In this document: piece by piece, positions 34,215 through 47,000 of the stretch
Position numbering within the stretch: the stretch's first letter is position 1
Layout: every line of letters begins with the position of its first letter
IMG/VR virus record: IMGVR_UViG_3300032334_002567
Coordinates: 310,001-374,000 of that record
Length of the DNA: 64,000 bases
Strand: one strand, 5' to 3'
Program-made: the position numbers and the translations under genes
The notes under the pieces: model-generated
What the model was told of the DNA's origin: nothing
Database searches by the model: none
The model's input: only the letters and a program-made list of their open reading frames with translations

Positions 34215-34688
34215 ATGCAGAACTTTTTTGAATTTGTCGATAGAAAACAACGAGAGTCAAGAAAACACCTACAGCTTGTCGAAAAGGCTTTAAAAAAAGC
34301 TGGGATGAATGTAATCAATTTTATAGATCAAGATGATTCTTATGTGTTTGTTAAAAACAAACATCCTGATGCCCCTTTTGCTGGAGTTAGAATCTATGAA
34401 ATAGGAGACTCATTGGCCTACAGAGTACAAAAAGAGCCTGAGACTGAACCTTATGGTAAGGCCTATTTAATAGACCTAGAGGAAATGTTCAATGACTTTA
34501 TGGGGGAAGGAATGAAAGAAGAAAAAGCTGGCGAAAAAGTCGTTGATAGCTTAGTTTTAGAAATAAACAAGTTCTTTGAGAAAAGTGCGAAAGCCCAAAC
34601 AGAAGTAGAGAACACACCAGTTGGACTTCCTGCAATTCTAAAGACGGGTGGAACTGATTACTCTGGCTTGGTTACAAGTAAAATGTAA
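34215..34688 (+). CDS. Hypothetical phage protein
   Basis: AAGGAG RBS; ATG 34215. Confidence 0.75.
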   Translation: MQNFFEFVDRKQRESRKHLQLVEKALKKAGMNVINFIDQDDSYVFVKNKHPDAPFAGVRIYEIGDSLAYRVQKEPETEPYGKAYLIDLEEMFNDFMGEGMKEEKAGEKVVDSLVLEINKFFEKSAKAQTEVENTPVGLPAILKTGGTDYSGLVTSKM

Positions 34689-34689
34689 A

Positions 34690-35385
34690 ATGGATGACGC
34701 CATAATAATCAGCGATATCCACCTAGGCAGCGAAGTTAGTCAGTCAAAAAAGCTGATTAAATTTTTTGAAGAAATTGAAAGTGGATCTCGTCTTGTAAAA
34801 TCCTTGATCATTAATGGAGATCTTTTTGACAGCTGGGATTTTCGAAAGCTTAAGAAGAGCCATTGGAAAGTTTTATCACATATAAGAAAACTTTCTAAAA
34901 TTTTGCATATAGTCTACGTTAATGGGAATCACGATGGACCTGCAGAAATTATATCTCATCTTTTAGGAGTTGAGTTTTTAGAAGAATATATTTTTGAAAG
35001 CGGTGGTAAAAAAATACTAGTTCTGCATGGTGATAAATTTGACAAATTTATAGCCGATTATCCGATACTAACCAGATTGGCAGACAATATTTATAGGCTT
35101 ATACAAAAAATAGATAAAAGTTTTTATCTTGCAAAAATGGCAAAAAAGAACAGTAAAACATTTCTCAGGTGCTCAGAATTAATTAAAGAAAAAGCAAAAA
35201 AATACGGAGAGCAAAAAAAAGTTAATATGGTTTGTTGTTCACACACACACTTGGGCATGGAAGATAATGAGGGAAAGGTAGGATATTACAACTCAGGCTG
35301 TTGGACAGAAGAACCTTGTACCTTTCTGACCATTAAAGATGGGATTATAAAGCTCAACAGTTTTGTTCAAAAAGAGCATATATAA
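34690..35385 (+). CDS. LpxH-like (UDP-2,3-diacylglucosamine hydrolase) metallophosphoesterase
   Basis: ISDIHLG, NGDLFD, GNHD, HGD.FD and HTH motifs. Confidence 0.85.
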   Translation: MDDAIIISDIHLGSEVSQSKKLIKFFEEIESGSRLVKSLIINGDLFDSWDFRKLKKSHWKVLSHIRKLSKILHIVYVNGNHDGPAEIISHLLGVEFLEEYIFESGGKKILVLHGDKFDKFIADYPILTRLADNIYRLIQKIDKSFYLAKMAKKNSKTFLRCSELIKEKAKKYGEQKKVNMVCCSHTHLGMEDNEGKVGYYNSGCWTEEPCTFLTIKDGIIKLNSFVQKEHI

Positions 35386-35417
35386 TATAGACGATTAACC
35401 GTTTAACAAGGAGGTTT

Positions 35418-35597
35418 ATGGAAAATAAAGACATAAGTTTGTTGGCTCTTTTGTTAGCCATTTTTATACCACCCGTAGGTGTTCTTATAAAAGAAGGACT
35501 AGGAGTACAGTTTCTAATTAACTTAATTTTAACCTTTTTAGGATATATACCTGGCATAGTCCATGCCTTGTACATAATACTAAGAGAAAAACAATGA
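35418..35597 (+). CDS. YqaE/Pmp3-family membrane proteolipid (59 aa, absent from the ORF track)
   Basis: LLAIFIPPVGV...G.G..FLINLILT.LGYIPGIVHALY; AAGGAGG RBS. Confidence 0.9.
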   Translation: MENKDISLLALLLAIFIPPVGVLIKEGLGVQFLINLILTFLGYIPGIVHALYIILREKQ

Positions 35598-35914
35598 AAT
35601 TAAAATCTTTTGAAAGTTGGCTTACAGCAAGAGGTGTTGAGCCTCTTGCTGTACAAGCTAAAAAAATTAGCGAAGCCTCTAATGACGGTAATGAGATGCT
35701 AAAAAACAATCTCAATGACATTATAGAATACGCTACTAAACTTTCTAGCGTTGTTGAGTCCACATCAGAATTAGACGAGTGGATGGAGAATAAAATAACA
35801 GTTGCTAGAACTTATTTATCTGACGTTACTCATGCTTACCTAAACGATCTAAAGAACCAAAGTCCTTGTGGTGGGATGTTAGGTCAAGCTAGCGAATTCG
35901 GTCCAACCCCGTGA
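35594..35914 (+). CDS. Hypothetical phage protein
   Basis: EL.EWME.KIT.A..YL helical motif. Confidence 0.7.
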   Translation: MKLKSFESWLTARGVEPLAVQAKKISEASNDGNEMLKNNLNDIIEYATKLSSVVESTSELDEWMENKITVARTYLSDVTHAYLNDLKNQSPCGGMLGQASEFGPTP

Positions 35915-35924
35915 AAAATATAGC

Positions 35925-36680
35925 CTATGCAGGGGCAAAACTTGAAGCAGCTTCTGGTGTCGATGGATTCTTGCCCATGATTTTCATTACTTCTTTCTTC
36001 TTCATAACTTGATCGTACTTATCTGGAAATACTTTTGCAATAGTAGCTTGAATTTGGGCTTTTGCTTTGCTGCTTACTCTTGGGCTTAGATAGGCTCCGA
36101 CCAAGCTGTGAAACAACTTTTCTCTCTCTAGTGCTTTTTCATCCTGTTGCTGGGTCTGCTTGGCTTGAGCTTTAACAGCTTTGGGAGCCTGAACTTTAGA
36201 GACTTGTTTTTGGGGCTGTTCTTCATCCTCTCCAGAATTTAAACCAAATATATTTTGCCAAGGTTTATTTTGCTTTCCACCGGGACTATAAACTCCGGTG
36301 ATATCAAAGGGACTTTCACCAGCCGCCTGAACACCTCTTATTGCCGCTGTTAAAGGTGATGCACCAATTTGCAGGGCTCCTGTACCTATTTGCTTTCCTG
36401 CATTCTGGCCTAGCTGCCATCCTCTCCTGATTTTTTCTCTGCCCTTCTTTTTTCCTCCACCTATAATTTCAAGAGCACCAGCACCCATTTGTCCTAAACC
36501 ATAAGCACTTCTAGCCGTTCCTCCTAGAATGTTGCCTCCACCCCTTGCAATTTGTGTTCCTAAATTTGAGGCTGCACCTGCAAGACCTGTGAGGATGCCT
36601 TCTTTTACAAGCCTATCATGCTCGGCTTGAATCCATTGCTCAAAAATTTCTTGTTCTAATACGTATTCTTTAAATTCCAT
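35925..36680 (-). CDS. Hypothetical Gly/Gln-rich protein
   Basis: MEFKEY start; ORF track. Confidence 0.75.
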   Translation of the reverse strand: MEFKEYVLEQEIFEQWIQAEHDRLVKEGILTGLAGAASNLGTQIARGGGNILGGTARSAYGLGQMGAGALEIIGGGKKKGREKIRRGWQLGQNAGKQIGTGALQIGASPLTAAIRGVQAAGESPFDITGVYSPGGKQNKPWQNIFGLNSGEDEEQPQKQVSKVQAPKAVKAQAKQTQQQDEKALEREKLFHSLVGAYLSPRVSSKAKAQIQATIAKVFPDKYDQVMKKKEVMKIMGKNPSTPEAASSFAPA

Positions 36681-36855
36681 GCCTTATCTATTGGGCATAA
36701 TAGCTTTTTTAAATTTAAAAACAAACAACGCAATATTATATTGAAGCTTTTGAAAAACGCTCATGTTGTTATGAATATCAACAAATTCCCTGATCATCAT
36801 AGGGTTGTTCTTAAGCCCTTCCCACAATTCATTTTCCATTTACATTCTCCTATTT

Positions 36856-37350
36856 TTAAATGCCTTTGACTTTTTTGTAAAGAGAAGCAGCCATTTCTGA
36901 TAATTTATTCTTTCGTTCTTCCGAGTAAGGAGACTTGGGCTTTTCAGAGGGTGCTGCTTCGTTGTATTTCCTCACATACTTATTGTATTCTTCTGCGATG
37001 TGGGGCTTTTGCTCAGGATAGTCCCAAGGCAAAGGCCTTGCACAACTATGACATACATATGGACCGTTATAGCCCTTATTAGGAAATGGGCCTTTTGGTC
37101 GGTGAGGAGAGTTACTGAATATCCAATTTAGGTCAATTAAAGAACTACAAAAAGTGCAATTAGCTAAGTCGTTGATGTGAGGCCCATGATTAAGGGGCGA
37201 AATATACTCATACAACAAGTTTCTAAATACAGGTTGATCTGCGTGGACGCCTCGAAATCGCCATTCGCACTTTGGGCACTCCCAAATTTGGAATAAGTTA
37301 TAGTCTTTTGCGTTAATTACCTTCTCACACCTAGGACAAGAGATGTGCAT
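36856..37350 (-). CDS. Multi Zn-ribbon protein
   Basis: Four CxxC pairs; TTTACA-N16-TATACT upstream. Confidence 0.7.
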   Translation of the reverse strand: MHISCPRCEKVINAKDYNLFQIWECPKCEWRFRGVHADQPVFRNLLYEYISPLNHGPHINDLANCTFCSSLIDLNWIFSNSPHRPKGPFPNKGYNGPYVCHSCARPLPWDYPEQKPHIAEEYNKYVRKYNEAAPSEKPKSPYSEERKNKLSEMAASLYKKVKGI

Positions 37351-37470
37351 TTTATATTTCTCCGGCTTTAAATTCTCTCCAAATGACTCTAATTCTAGTA
37401 TAGCACAACATATTGACTTGTAAAGTCATTCAAAAGCTAATTTAGAATTTGCCAAGCCTAAATAAAAGAT

Positions 37471-38010
37471 ATGCAAACCCCATTTTTAGACGCTTTTTTA
37501 CCCTCAAAAACAGTTAGGCCCATGTCAATGGTGGTCATGCGTGGGAGCTTAATAACCTTTAACTACACATTTCACAAACCTAACCACGACTCTTTCCCTT
37601 TAGTTTTAGTGACCGATACCGAGTATCCATCAGAGGATAAACCAGCTAGGCCTAATGCAGCACCACAAAGAAGAGGAACCTACTTAAGAGGAATAAATTT
37701 ACACTATTTAACATTTCCCGTTATTAAGAACTTGATATATCCAAATAACAAGCAATCTGTATGTGATAACCCTAATTTTACGTATCAATATATCAAAAAC
37801 AATGGATATATAACATCAGCCTTTCGACAATACAAAAGAAACGGCATAGCGAACATTAAAAAACTCGACTGCCAGTTTGTTGTTAATGCAATGGGAATAT
37901 CTAGGTCATTTGATCCAAATGAACTAGAAGCCATACGCAGGTCTGTGAGGGAGCAAATAAACCGCATGGTCAATCCAAGAGCAGCATCAACCGATGAAAT
38001 GCCAATTTAA
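37471..38010 (+). CDS. T4 gp2-like DNA end-protector protein
   Basis: F.Y...D.FPLV...GINLHYL motif. Confidence 0.6.
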   Translation: MQTPFLDAFLPSKTVRPMSMVVMRGSLITFNYTFHKPNHDSFPLVLVTDTEYPSEDKPARPNAAPQRRGTYLRGINLHYLTFPVIKNLIYPNNKQSVCDNPNFTYQYIKNNGYITSAFRQYKRNGIANIKKLDCQFVVNAMGISRSFDPNELEAIRRSVREQINRMVNPRAASTDEMPI

Positions 38011-38023
38011 ATAAAAATTAAAA

Positions 38024-41000
38024 ATGCCAGAATTATACGACAACCTAGGAAGAAAAATAGATGCTGCCAAAATGAGCATTGGCGAGCTAAAGGGTTTAGT
38101 CGGCACATTGATGAAGTCTAAAGTTGGACCAGCAAAACCTATTGGTGGTCAAGAAGAAGAAGCTAAAACACAAGACTCAAATCTAGAACTTATTAAATTA
38201 TTTGAAGACTATGTAAAAGGATTTAACGAAGAAGTAGATGAACAAAAGAGTTTACTTCAAAATATAGTAGATGCATTAAAAAATATTAATTCTAAAAAAG
38301 AAGAAAAAGCTAATCAACCAAAAGACAACAAAGAAGAAAAAGATGAGATAAAAGAAACATTTCCAGAAAAATTAAGAAAAGCTCTTACTGGAAAAAACAA
38401 GCCTAGCAAAGAAGAGCATACAACTGCTAAGGCTACAAATTCTTTAGCAAATCTATTCGGGAAAAAAGGTTCTGGCTATACCCATGATATACACTGTGAG
38501 GCATGGCTAAGACAAATATATCAGGTTTTAGCTAAAGATAGAGAAGGCGTAGCAACGCCAGAAGCCGCTGCTAGGCAGGTTGAAGAAGATGTAACAAGAG
38601 TCACAGCAAGAGAACCTGCAGAAACAGCTGCAAGGGAAGCTTCTGAGGCAGCTACTACTGGAGGGGGCGAGACTATAAGAGCGAGAGATTGGCTAGATGC
38701 CGAAGAGTACTACCAAGAGTTAAACGGATTAGAAAATGATTACTATCAACACACAGTAGATTCAATATTTGGACTATGGAACAAAGAAAAAGATTTATAC
38801 GAAAGAATAACAGGCTTAGAAAAAGAAAAAAATGCAATTCACCGTGCTTATTTGAAGGAAGGCATCAGCAAAGAGGAAAAAGAAAGACTAGCTTTAGCTT
38901 ACAGGCAAATGGGCATAGAAATAAGCAATCAAAAAATCATAAAAAGAAATTTAAAAGAACAAGAGAACGCTTGGAAAGAGATTGGAAAACAAATAGAGAC
39001 AGCAGAAAAATATTTATTAGGTTTCAAAGGAGGCGGGGCGTTTGAGGTACTAACAAAAGGAATAATAAAAGAAGAAAGAGAATTTACACAAAATATTAGA
39101 CAAGCGGCATATGAAACTGCTGGAGTCACTTCTGAGTCTAAGGCCCTGCAAAAAACATACGAAGAGATAGGCAAAACTTCTAAACTAACCGGAATGAATA
39201 GGAGTGAAACTCAAAAAGCTTATACAAAAGCATTAAGGTCAGGTGTCAAAGATCAAAAGAAAGCACTTAGTCTATCAGTATCACAACTAAACACAGAAAA
39301 ACAAATAGGTGCCACAGCAGATTCTTTAGGTGAATTCTTCATAGAAATGGGCACCCAACTTCAGTTCAACAATGATCAAATGTCAGAGGTTGGAAGAGGC
39401 ATAAGAGAAGCTGGTCGAAACACTGGTTTGGTAGGAGATAAATTAGCTGGCGTTGTCAGGGGCAGTGCAGAATTTGTAAAAATGATGAAAAATGCTGGTA
39501 CTGCGTCTGCATCTGCCGTGAGTAATATTGTTGGTTTACAAGCAGAGTTTACAAAGACAGGCGTAGAAGGAGGAAAGCTTCTTAAAGGACTAAGCAGTAC
39601 ATCTGGATTCTTAGGTAGTGATGCACAAACATTGGCTTTGATTGCTAATGCTGCTAACAGAGTTGGTCTTACTCAAGAAATGATTAATGGAACAATACTA
39701 AAAAGTTCAGCTAGCATTAAAAAGTTTAACAGAGGCTTGACTCAAACTGTCAATGACATGGGATTGGGTGGTAGAAACGCCGAAGAAATGCGAGCAAACT
39801 TTGACAAATTGTCAGATGAAGGCAGAAGAGATATCAATTTAAGACTCAACGCAGCTTTTGGGATGGAAGCCGGTGAGTTAATGTTAGCAATAGAAGGAAT
39901 CGAAAATCAATCTAAATCACTTTCTGATCGTTTGGGAGAACTTAATAAAAAGAAATCTCAAAACTTAACATTAGAAGAAAAAGCTACATTGCTTGAAGAA
40001 GAAAGAAGCTTGAAACTTGGTGCAGCAACAAAAGCTCTGACTGCAATATCTGAGGCCGCTAAGGGCACAAAAGACATGAACGAGGCCTTAGCAAAATTTA
40101 GCAGTAGAAGATCCGAATTTGAAGGCGACATGAAGGCACTCGGACAATCCTGGACAACCGAGACAGATGTTGCTAGGGGAGCTATAAAAAGTGCTTTAGA
40201 AAATGTAAATGCTGGCTTGAAAAAAGCAGGAAAGAAAGAACTAAAAATAGACTCGTCGGAAATAGAAAAAGCAATAAAAGACCCAGCAGCATTCAGAGAA
40301 CTAACGTCTCAAATAACTAAGGGAGAGCAAGAATTAGCTACTGCACAAAAAGCACAATTAGACCCATTGAGTGCAATAGAACAAAAGTTAACTGAAATAA
40401 ACGACTCTGTGAGAAACTTGAGCCAAAGTTTGATATCGGGTATTTTTAATAGTTTTCTAGGAAAAATGCTTGTGGGGATAACAGCTTTAGGAGCTTTAAT
40501 TGTAGGTGCCATAGGTGGATTGAATTCAATAATCATGCCTATTTGGAACTTAATGACTCTTTTAGGAAGATCTTTATCCGGTATGGGACAAAGAACATCA
40601 CAGGATAGAATGGGAAGTCTTGGGAAGGTATGGGATCGCTTAACTGGGCGTGATACAACCCCAACCCCAGAAAGATTAACAGAAGCAGAAGTAACAGCTA
40701 CCGGTAAAGATAAAACTATAACTAAAACTGGTTGCTGCGAGGATCTTGTAAGTATAAACAAAGCAATGTTGGATGTTTTAAATGCCATTAAAGATTGTGT
40801 TTGTGGCAAACAACCAGAAGCTTCTACTCAAGCAAGTCAAACAAAACAGGAGTTAAGAGAAGCGGAACTAACACCCAAATCAGTAGTATCACCAGATCAA
40901 GTTGCAGCTGGTAAAGCAGGAGAAGTTGCCAAAAAAGAAGTAGGAACAGACTTAGCTTCTAAATCAGTAGTTTCACAGCCACCACAAACTACTCCAGAAA

Positions 41001-44000
41001 AAATAGAAGAAGCTGTTAAAAAAGAAAGTAGGAAACCAAAGTTATCTCCTGAGGAGATTGCCACAAGAAAAGCAGCTGGACAGGCAGCTAAAGAGAGATC
41101 ACAAACAGCCGGTATAAGTCCTTCAGTAGCAAAGTCCATAAAGAGACAAGAAGTCAAAAATATAAAAATGGATGCTTCATTAAACAAAATGCAAAGAAGG
41201 AATATAATTCAAGAATTGCAGAACGGAAAAAAAACAAAGACAATGATCCTAAGAGAGCAGGAAGCTGCTAAAGGACCAAAGCCCTTAGAAGTACCCCAGC
41301 CACCAGATACAGGAAATTTTGATTTAAATAAATTAATTGCAAGTGGTCAAGATATGGCAAAGAGTGCTGCTGCTGTTGCCCTACTTGGTTTAGGAGTTGT
41401 TGCTCTAGGTGCAGCAATAGTGTTCTTGTCCAAGAAAATATTGAGTGGGTTCAACTTAGACACTTCAACAATACTACAAACAGCTGGTGCTATAGCTGCA
41501 CTTGCGGTAGCAGGTGGTGCGATTGCTGCTGCTGGTATTGTGGCATATGAGGCACTAAATAAGAAAGAAAATAAAGAATTTGTAGATACTGCTCCAAAAA
41601 GTAAAACCGAAATGCTAAAGCAAATAGCAGCAATGATGCTATTGGGGCCAGCTCTTGTACTATTAGGTGCAGCTATAGTCAAGATGTCCCAAATGGTTAT
41701 AGACGCTTTTGGACTTGATTTAAATACGGTTGCAATGGTTGCCGGAACAGTAGCTGCAATTGTAGCTGCTGCTGGAGCCTTGACTCTAGGTGCTTCAGAG
41801 GCTCTTGAAGGTTTTGAGAAACTAGAGGGCAATAAGCTTATAAAAAATCCTGGTAAACTTGTTAGTGCGATGGCTAAGGGAGCATTAGCTCTATTGATCG
41901 TTGGTCCGGGACTAGTTGCACTTTCTGCCGCAATAATCAAGATGTGTCAAGGTATATTAAGCTATGCAGAAATAGATCTAAACACAATCAAAACTGTAAC
42001 TGGACAAGTAGCCGCACTTCTCGCTGGCACTGGTGCAATAGCATTAGGTATAACAGCGGCTGCTGGAGGATTAATACTATTAGGTAAATTCGCAGACTTT
42101 GCCAAGAGCTATGCTAAAGACATGATAATAGGAGCGGCAGCACTAATACTTATTGGTCCTGCAGTTGTAGCCCTTGCAGCAGGTCTAAATTATATAATTA
42201 ATCAAATTTTATCTGCAACAGGTGTGGACGCAGCAAAAGCAGCAAAAACAGCGTGGAATGTAGCTGGTTTGATTGCGGCCACAGCTGTAATTGCTCTTGC
42301 GGTTATGGGTGCGATGGCGGGCTTAACAGCTTTAGGTGCACTTGCTACTGCCATGACAGGACCACAAATTGGATTCATGCTTTATGGTGCTGCTGCATTA
42401 TTATTGTTAGCTCCATTAGTTACCGGACTAGCTGCGGCTGTTTTATATTTAACCAAGTCTTTCATGGGTGGGTTTGACGCAAAACAAGCAACCAAAGTGG
42501 CATACGATCTATCTGCAGTTTTAATGTCTGCCTCTGTTATAGCCATAGCTGTAATGGCGGCCATGGCTGGACTGGGTGGTTTAGGAGTTCTTGCAGCTGG
42601 TTTACCTGCTTACATACCTGCTATGTTGGGTGGTGCAGCAGCTCTAATGCTGCTTACCCCGGTAATGACAGCTTTGGCAACTTCAGTAATAGGAATGACA
42701 GAATCCATAATGGATGGAATTGATGCTAAACACGCAGCTAAAGTTGCATATGATTTGGGGTCAATAATAATGTCTGCTGGCTCAATTGCTCTTGGGATCA
42801 TGGGAGCCATGGCAGCTCTAACAGGATTAGGATTATTGGCAGGTGCTTATATTGGATTTATAGGACCAATGATTGGCGGTGCTCTGGCATTGAGTGTAAT
42901 GACACCGGCTGTTGTAACCCTTGCTGGCTCCATTATATCGATGTCTGAATCTTTAATGAAAAATATGGTTAGCCCAGATGCTGCAAAGAAAACAGTTGAA
43001 AGCTTAAATTCTATTCTTGATAGTGCTGGCAATATAGCTGTGTCAATTATAGCCAACGCAGCTTCTCTGGCTCTTTTGGGAACAATGTTTGGTGTTTCTT
43101 TAGTAGCTATACCATTTATGAAGCTAGGCACTATGGCTTTGTCTAATCTAACACCTAGTATAGCAAATTTTGTAAACACTATTGTTAATATGGCAAAACA
43201 ATTTTCTACTTTAGTGTCTCCAAAAGAAGCTGTAAGCCTCTCTAAAGACGTCGCCGCTATAATGGGAGCGGTTGGAGATATAAGTGAACAAATATTCAAA
43301 ATTAAAGATAAAATGCTTTCTGTGCCTGTTTATGGAAGCGTTTGGAATGCAATAAGAGGTGTAAAAGTAGCCGATTATATGAATAGTGGGGTCAAAGCTC
43401 TGAAAGAATTAGCTGCTCCTGTTCAAGATTATGTTGCTGCCATAAAAGATTTTGCACTTAATGTTGGAAGAACAGTTAATCCAAGAAATGCTGCTGAAAT
43501 GGCGAGAGGCGTTGCCGCAATACTTTGTGCTGTTAGCAATGTAACTTCTAATATGATGACTGCTAAAGACGGTATACTTTCTATTCCTAAAAATGGAGGA
43601 ATTTTTGCGACTTTAACACGCACAAGAATTTCAGATTACCTTAATGCTGGCGTTGGTTCTTTGCAAGAAATGGCCGCACCAATTAAACGATATGTAGCAG
43701 CAGTGAAAAAATTTGCAAGTGAAATTGGATTTGATCCTAGACAAGCTGCTGAGATGGCTAGCGGTGTGGCAGCGATACTTTGTGCTGTTGGTAAGGTTAC
43801 TTCTAACATAATGACTGCTAAAGATGGAATAATGAGCATACCAGACAACGGTGGAATATTTGCTTGGATGCTAGGTGCTCAGTTATCCCAAAGAATGAAC
43901 AAAGGCGTCGAAGCACTTAAAGTACTTGGAAAACCAATACAAAGATTCGTTAAAGCAATAAAAGATTTTTCAAGCAAACTTGGAAACAAGCTGCCTCCTA

Positions 44001-47000
44001 GTCAAGCAGCCGGTATGGCAAAAGGAATAGCAGACATACTTTCTGGAGCCTCTGAAGTTACCAAACAAATAATGGAAACCAAAGATAAAATAATTGGAAT
44101 AAAGTCTGCACGAGGATGGGGATTCTTTAGAAAAGATTATGTCGTATTAATGGAAACAGGCAGAAAAGCCTTAGTTGAACTTTCCAAGCCAATTATAAAT
44201 TATATAGAATCTATTAGGGATTTTGCTTCACAAGTGGGTGCTAGATTAGATCCTAGACTAGCAGCGTCTATGGCCAGAGGAGTAGCTGATGTATTGACAG
44301 CTTCTGGCGACGTTACAGAAGGAATAATGAAGACCAAAGATAAATTGGTTACCATTAAATCAAGCGAAGGATTCTGGTTATGGAGCACTAGCATAGCAGA
44401 CTCCATGAAAGCAGGAGTTGTAGCTTTAAATACATTAAAACAGCCATTAATGTCGTACTTAGATACTATTGTTACTTTCTCAAATGAGCTCAAAGACAAG
44501 ATCAACCCGACTGATGCTAAGAAGGCGGTAAAGTCAATAACAAGTGTTTCAGAAGTAATAGACATGATCAGCAAAGTCATGAATGATCTAGGTTCAAAAA
44601 TTGCACCAATGACACAAGGAGGATGGTTTACCAGTTCTCCTGTAGAACAGATTAAAGAAGCAAAAACAAAAATGGATGCGTTTTTCCCTGTGCTTTCTAG
44701 CTTCATTACATCGATTGTTTCGCATGTAGATTCTTCTTTGGGTGAGTCCAAGAGTCTAAAGGGAACTGTTAAGTCCATGGGTCAAATATCAGAGCTTTTA
44801 AACAATATTAAGCCTGTAGTGGACACCATGATGTCTTCAATTGTTCCAATGACTCAAGGTGGGTTCTTTAAAGGTTCAGCAGTTGATAGCATCAAGGGTG
44901 CAATACCACAGTTAAATCAGTTTTTTGAATCAATATCAAGCTTTATATTAAACGGGTTAGTTAATCCAATTAAGAAGTCTGCGGAGAGCATTGATGACTT
45001 AAAGGAAACAGGCAAAAGAATTGTAGTTATTGCAGATGTTCTTAAAGGAACAAAAACTTCTATTGACTCTTTGTCGTCTATGATGACTTTGATGCAAGAT
45101 GGAATATTTACAAATTCACCAATAAAAACAATATCCAATAATATAACTGGTTTTTCTGATTATTTTAATGCTATATCAAATTTTGTAAGTAGTGGATTAA
45201 TCGAACCAATAACAAAAATGGGAGAAGTAAGTGGACTTAGCAAAGCAAAAGGAATTCTAATAACTGTCGGCAATTTCCTATGTGCCACCAAATTAACTAT
45301 AGAAAGCTTAGCTGGGGTTATTGGTTTGTTGGATTCAAAGTCAGTTTTTTCCTCTTCTCCAATTGACAATATAATTAATAATAAAGATAAATTTAGAAAA
45401 CACTTTTTAGCGATAGCCGACCTTGTAAAGAATGGAATTGCAGAGCCTGTTGCTCTAATGGGCGGAGATGGAACTTCTTTAGGTAAAGCAGCAAAAGTTA
45501 TAACAGCTATGGCCTCAATAGCTTGTAGGATTGTACCATTAATAAAGAATTTAGCTACTGCTGTTTCAATGGCTACAGATAAGACAGAGTTTTTTAGTGT
45601 AGCACCCATGCAAAAAATAATTGATGCTAAAGGTCAATTTGCAGTATGGTTCCAGCAAATAGCAGCTTTTGTTAGAGACGGCATTGTTCTGCCTGTCAAT
45701 AATGAGATGGAGGGGGTCAATATAGGTTCAGCTGCTAAGAATATATCCTCCATGACCAGCATAGCTGGTTCTGTTATGCCCCTTATAAAGAATCTAGCCA
45801 ATGTTATGGGCATGATGAGTGAAGATGCAGCAAAATCTTTAGACACAGAATTTCCTATAGACAAAATTATATCCTATAAAGATAGCTTCGCCATATTTTT
45901 CAGACAAACAGCAGGATTCATTAGAGATGGAGTTATTGCTCCAATTGTAGAAGAAATAAAAGATACACAGGAAATAACAAAAGCAAGTAGGATATTAAAT
46001 CAATTAAGCTCTAATATTGTTACCATACCAAAAGTTATAAAAGGAGTTTCTGAGGGTTTAATTCCGCTGGTAGAAGTGAGGTCAGGTCTAGCTCCTATGG
46101 AAGTTATAGCTGACTCTGCAAAAGATTTTGAAAAATGGTTTACAAAAGTAGCAGTCTTTATTAGAGATGGAGTAGTAACTCCAATCGTGAGAGAGTTTGA
46201 GGGAACACAAGATATTATTTTAGCCACAAGAATACTAAACAATATATCTTCAATGATCTCAGCTTTACCTAAGGTTATAACAAGTCTATCCAGTGTTTTT
46301 GTTGGACTAAACGCAAAAAGTTGCCTATCAGAATCTCCAATAGGTATGCTTGCAACTAATGCTGAGACTTTCAAAGCTTGGTTCAGAAGCGTCACTAGTT
46401 TAATACAAGAAGGTATAATTAAGCCATCTCTTGAAATAATGCCAGATAATTCTTTGCTTAAAGAAGTAAAGGTAAAATTAGCACTCAACGAGATAGCAAT
46501 CAGAGCGGTAACCCCTTGGTTGAATTCTTTGAGTTCTAGCATCCAAGGATTATCTGGTGGTATTTTCTGGAGAATATTTACTGGAATTAAGGTTTCTAAG
46601 TTTAGTAAAAACTTCATGTATATGGCCAGCCTAATAAATGATGGCCTCATAAAACCAATAAAGAAGAATCTTGCTTCTTCTGCGGAATTAGAAGAAGTTA
46701 CAAGTCAACTTGATGGTTTAGTTGATGTGGTAGACAGAGTTACATTTATACTAGGAATATTAGGAACAGCCTTTAACAATATAAGCCCAGTTAAAATAGA
46801 TGTGGGCAAGATGTTCAGTGTAACTGGGAGCATACGTGCTTTTAAAGAAGCCATAAACGAAGAGGCTAAAGATAAATTAGCATTATCCAGACAAATGCAA
46901 GGAGAGCTACAAGAAGTATTCATGGCTCCAGAAAAAATGATGAGGCAAGTTAGTGAAAAAGCTGTTGGGGGGACTTTTGAAGCCAAAGCTGTAGAGCCAA

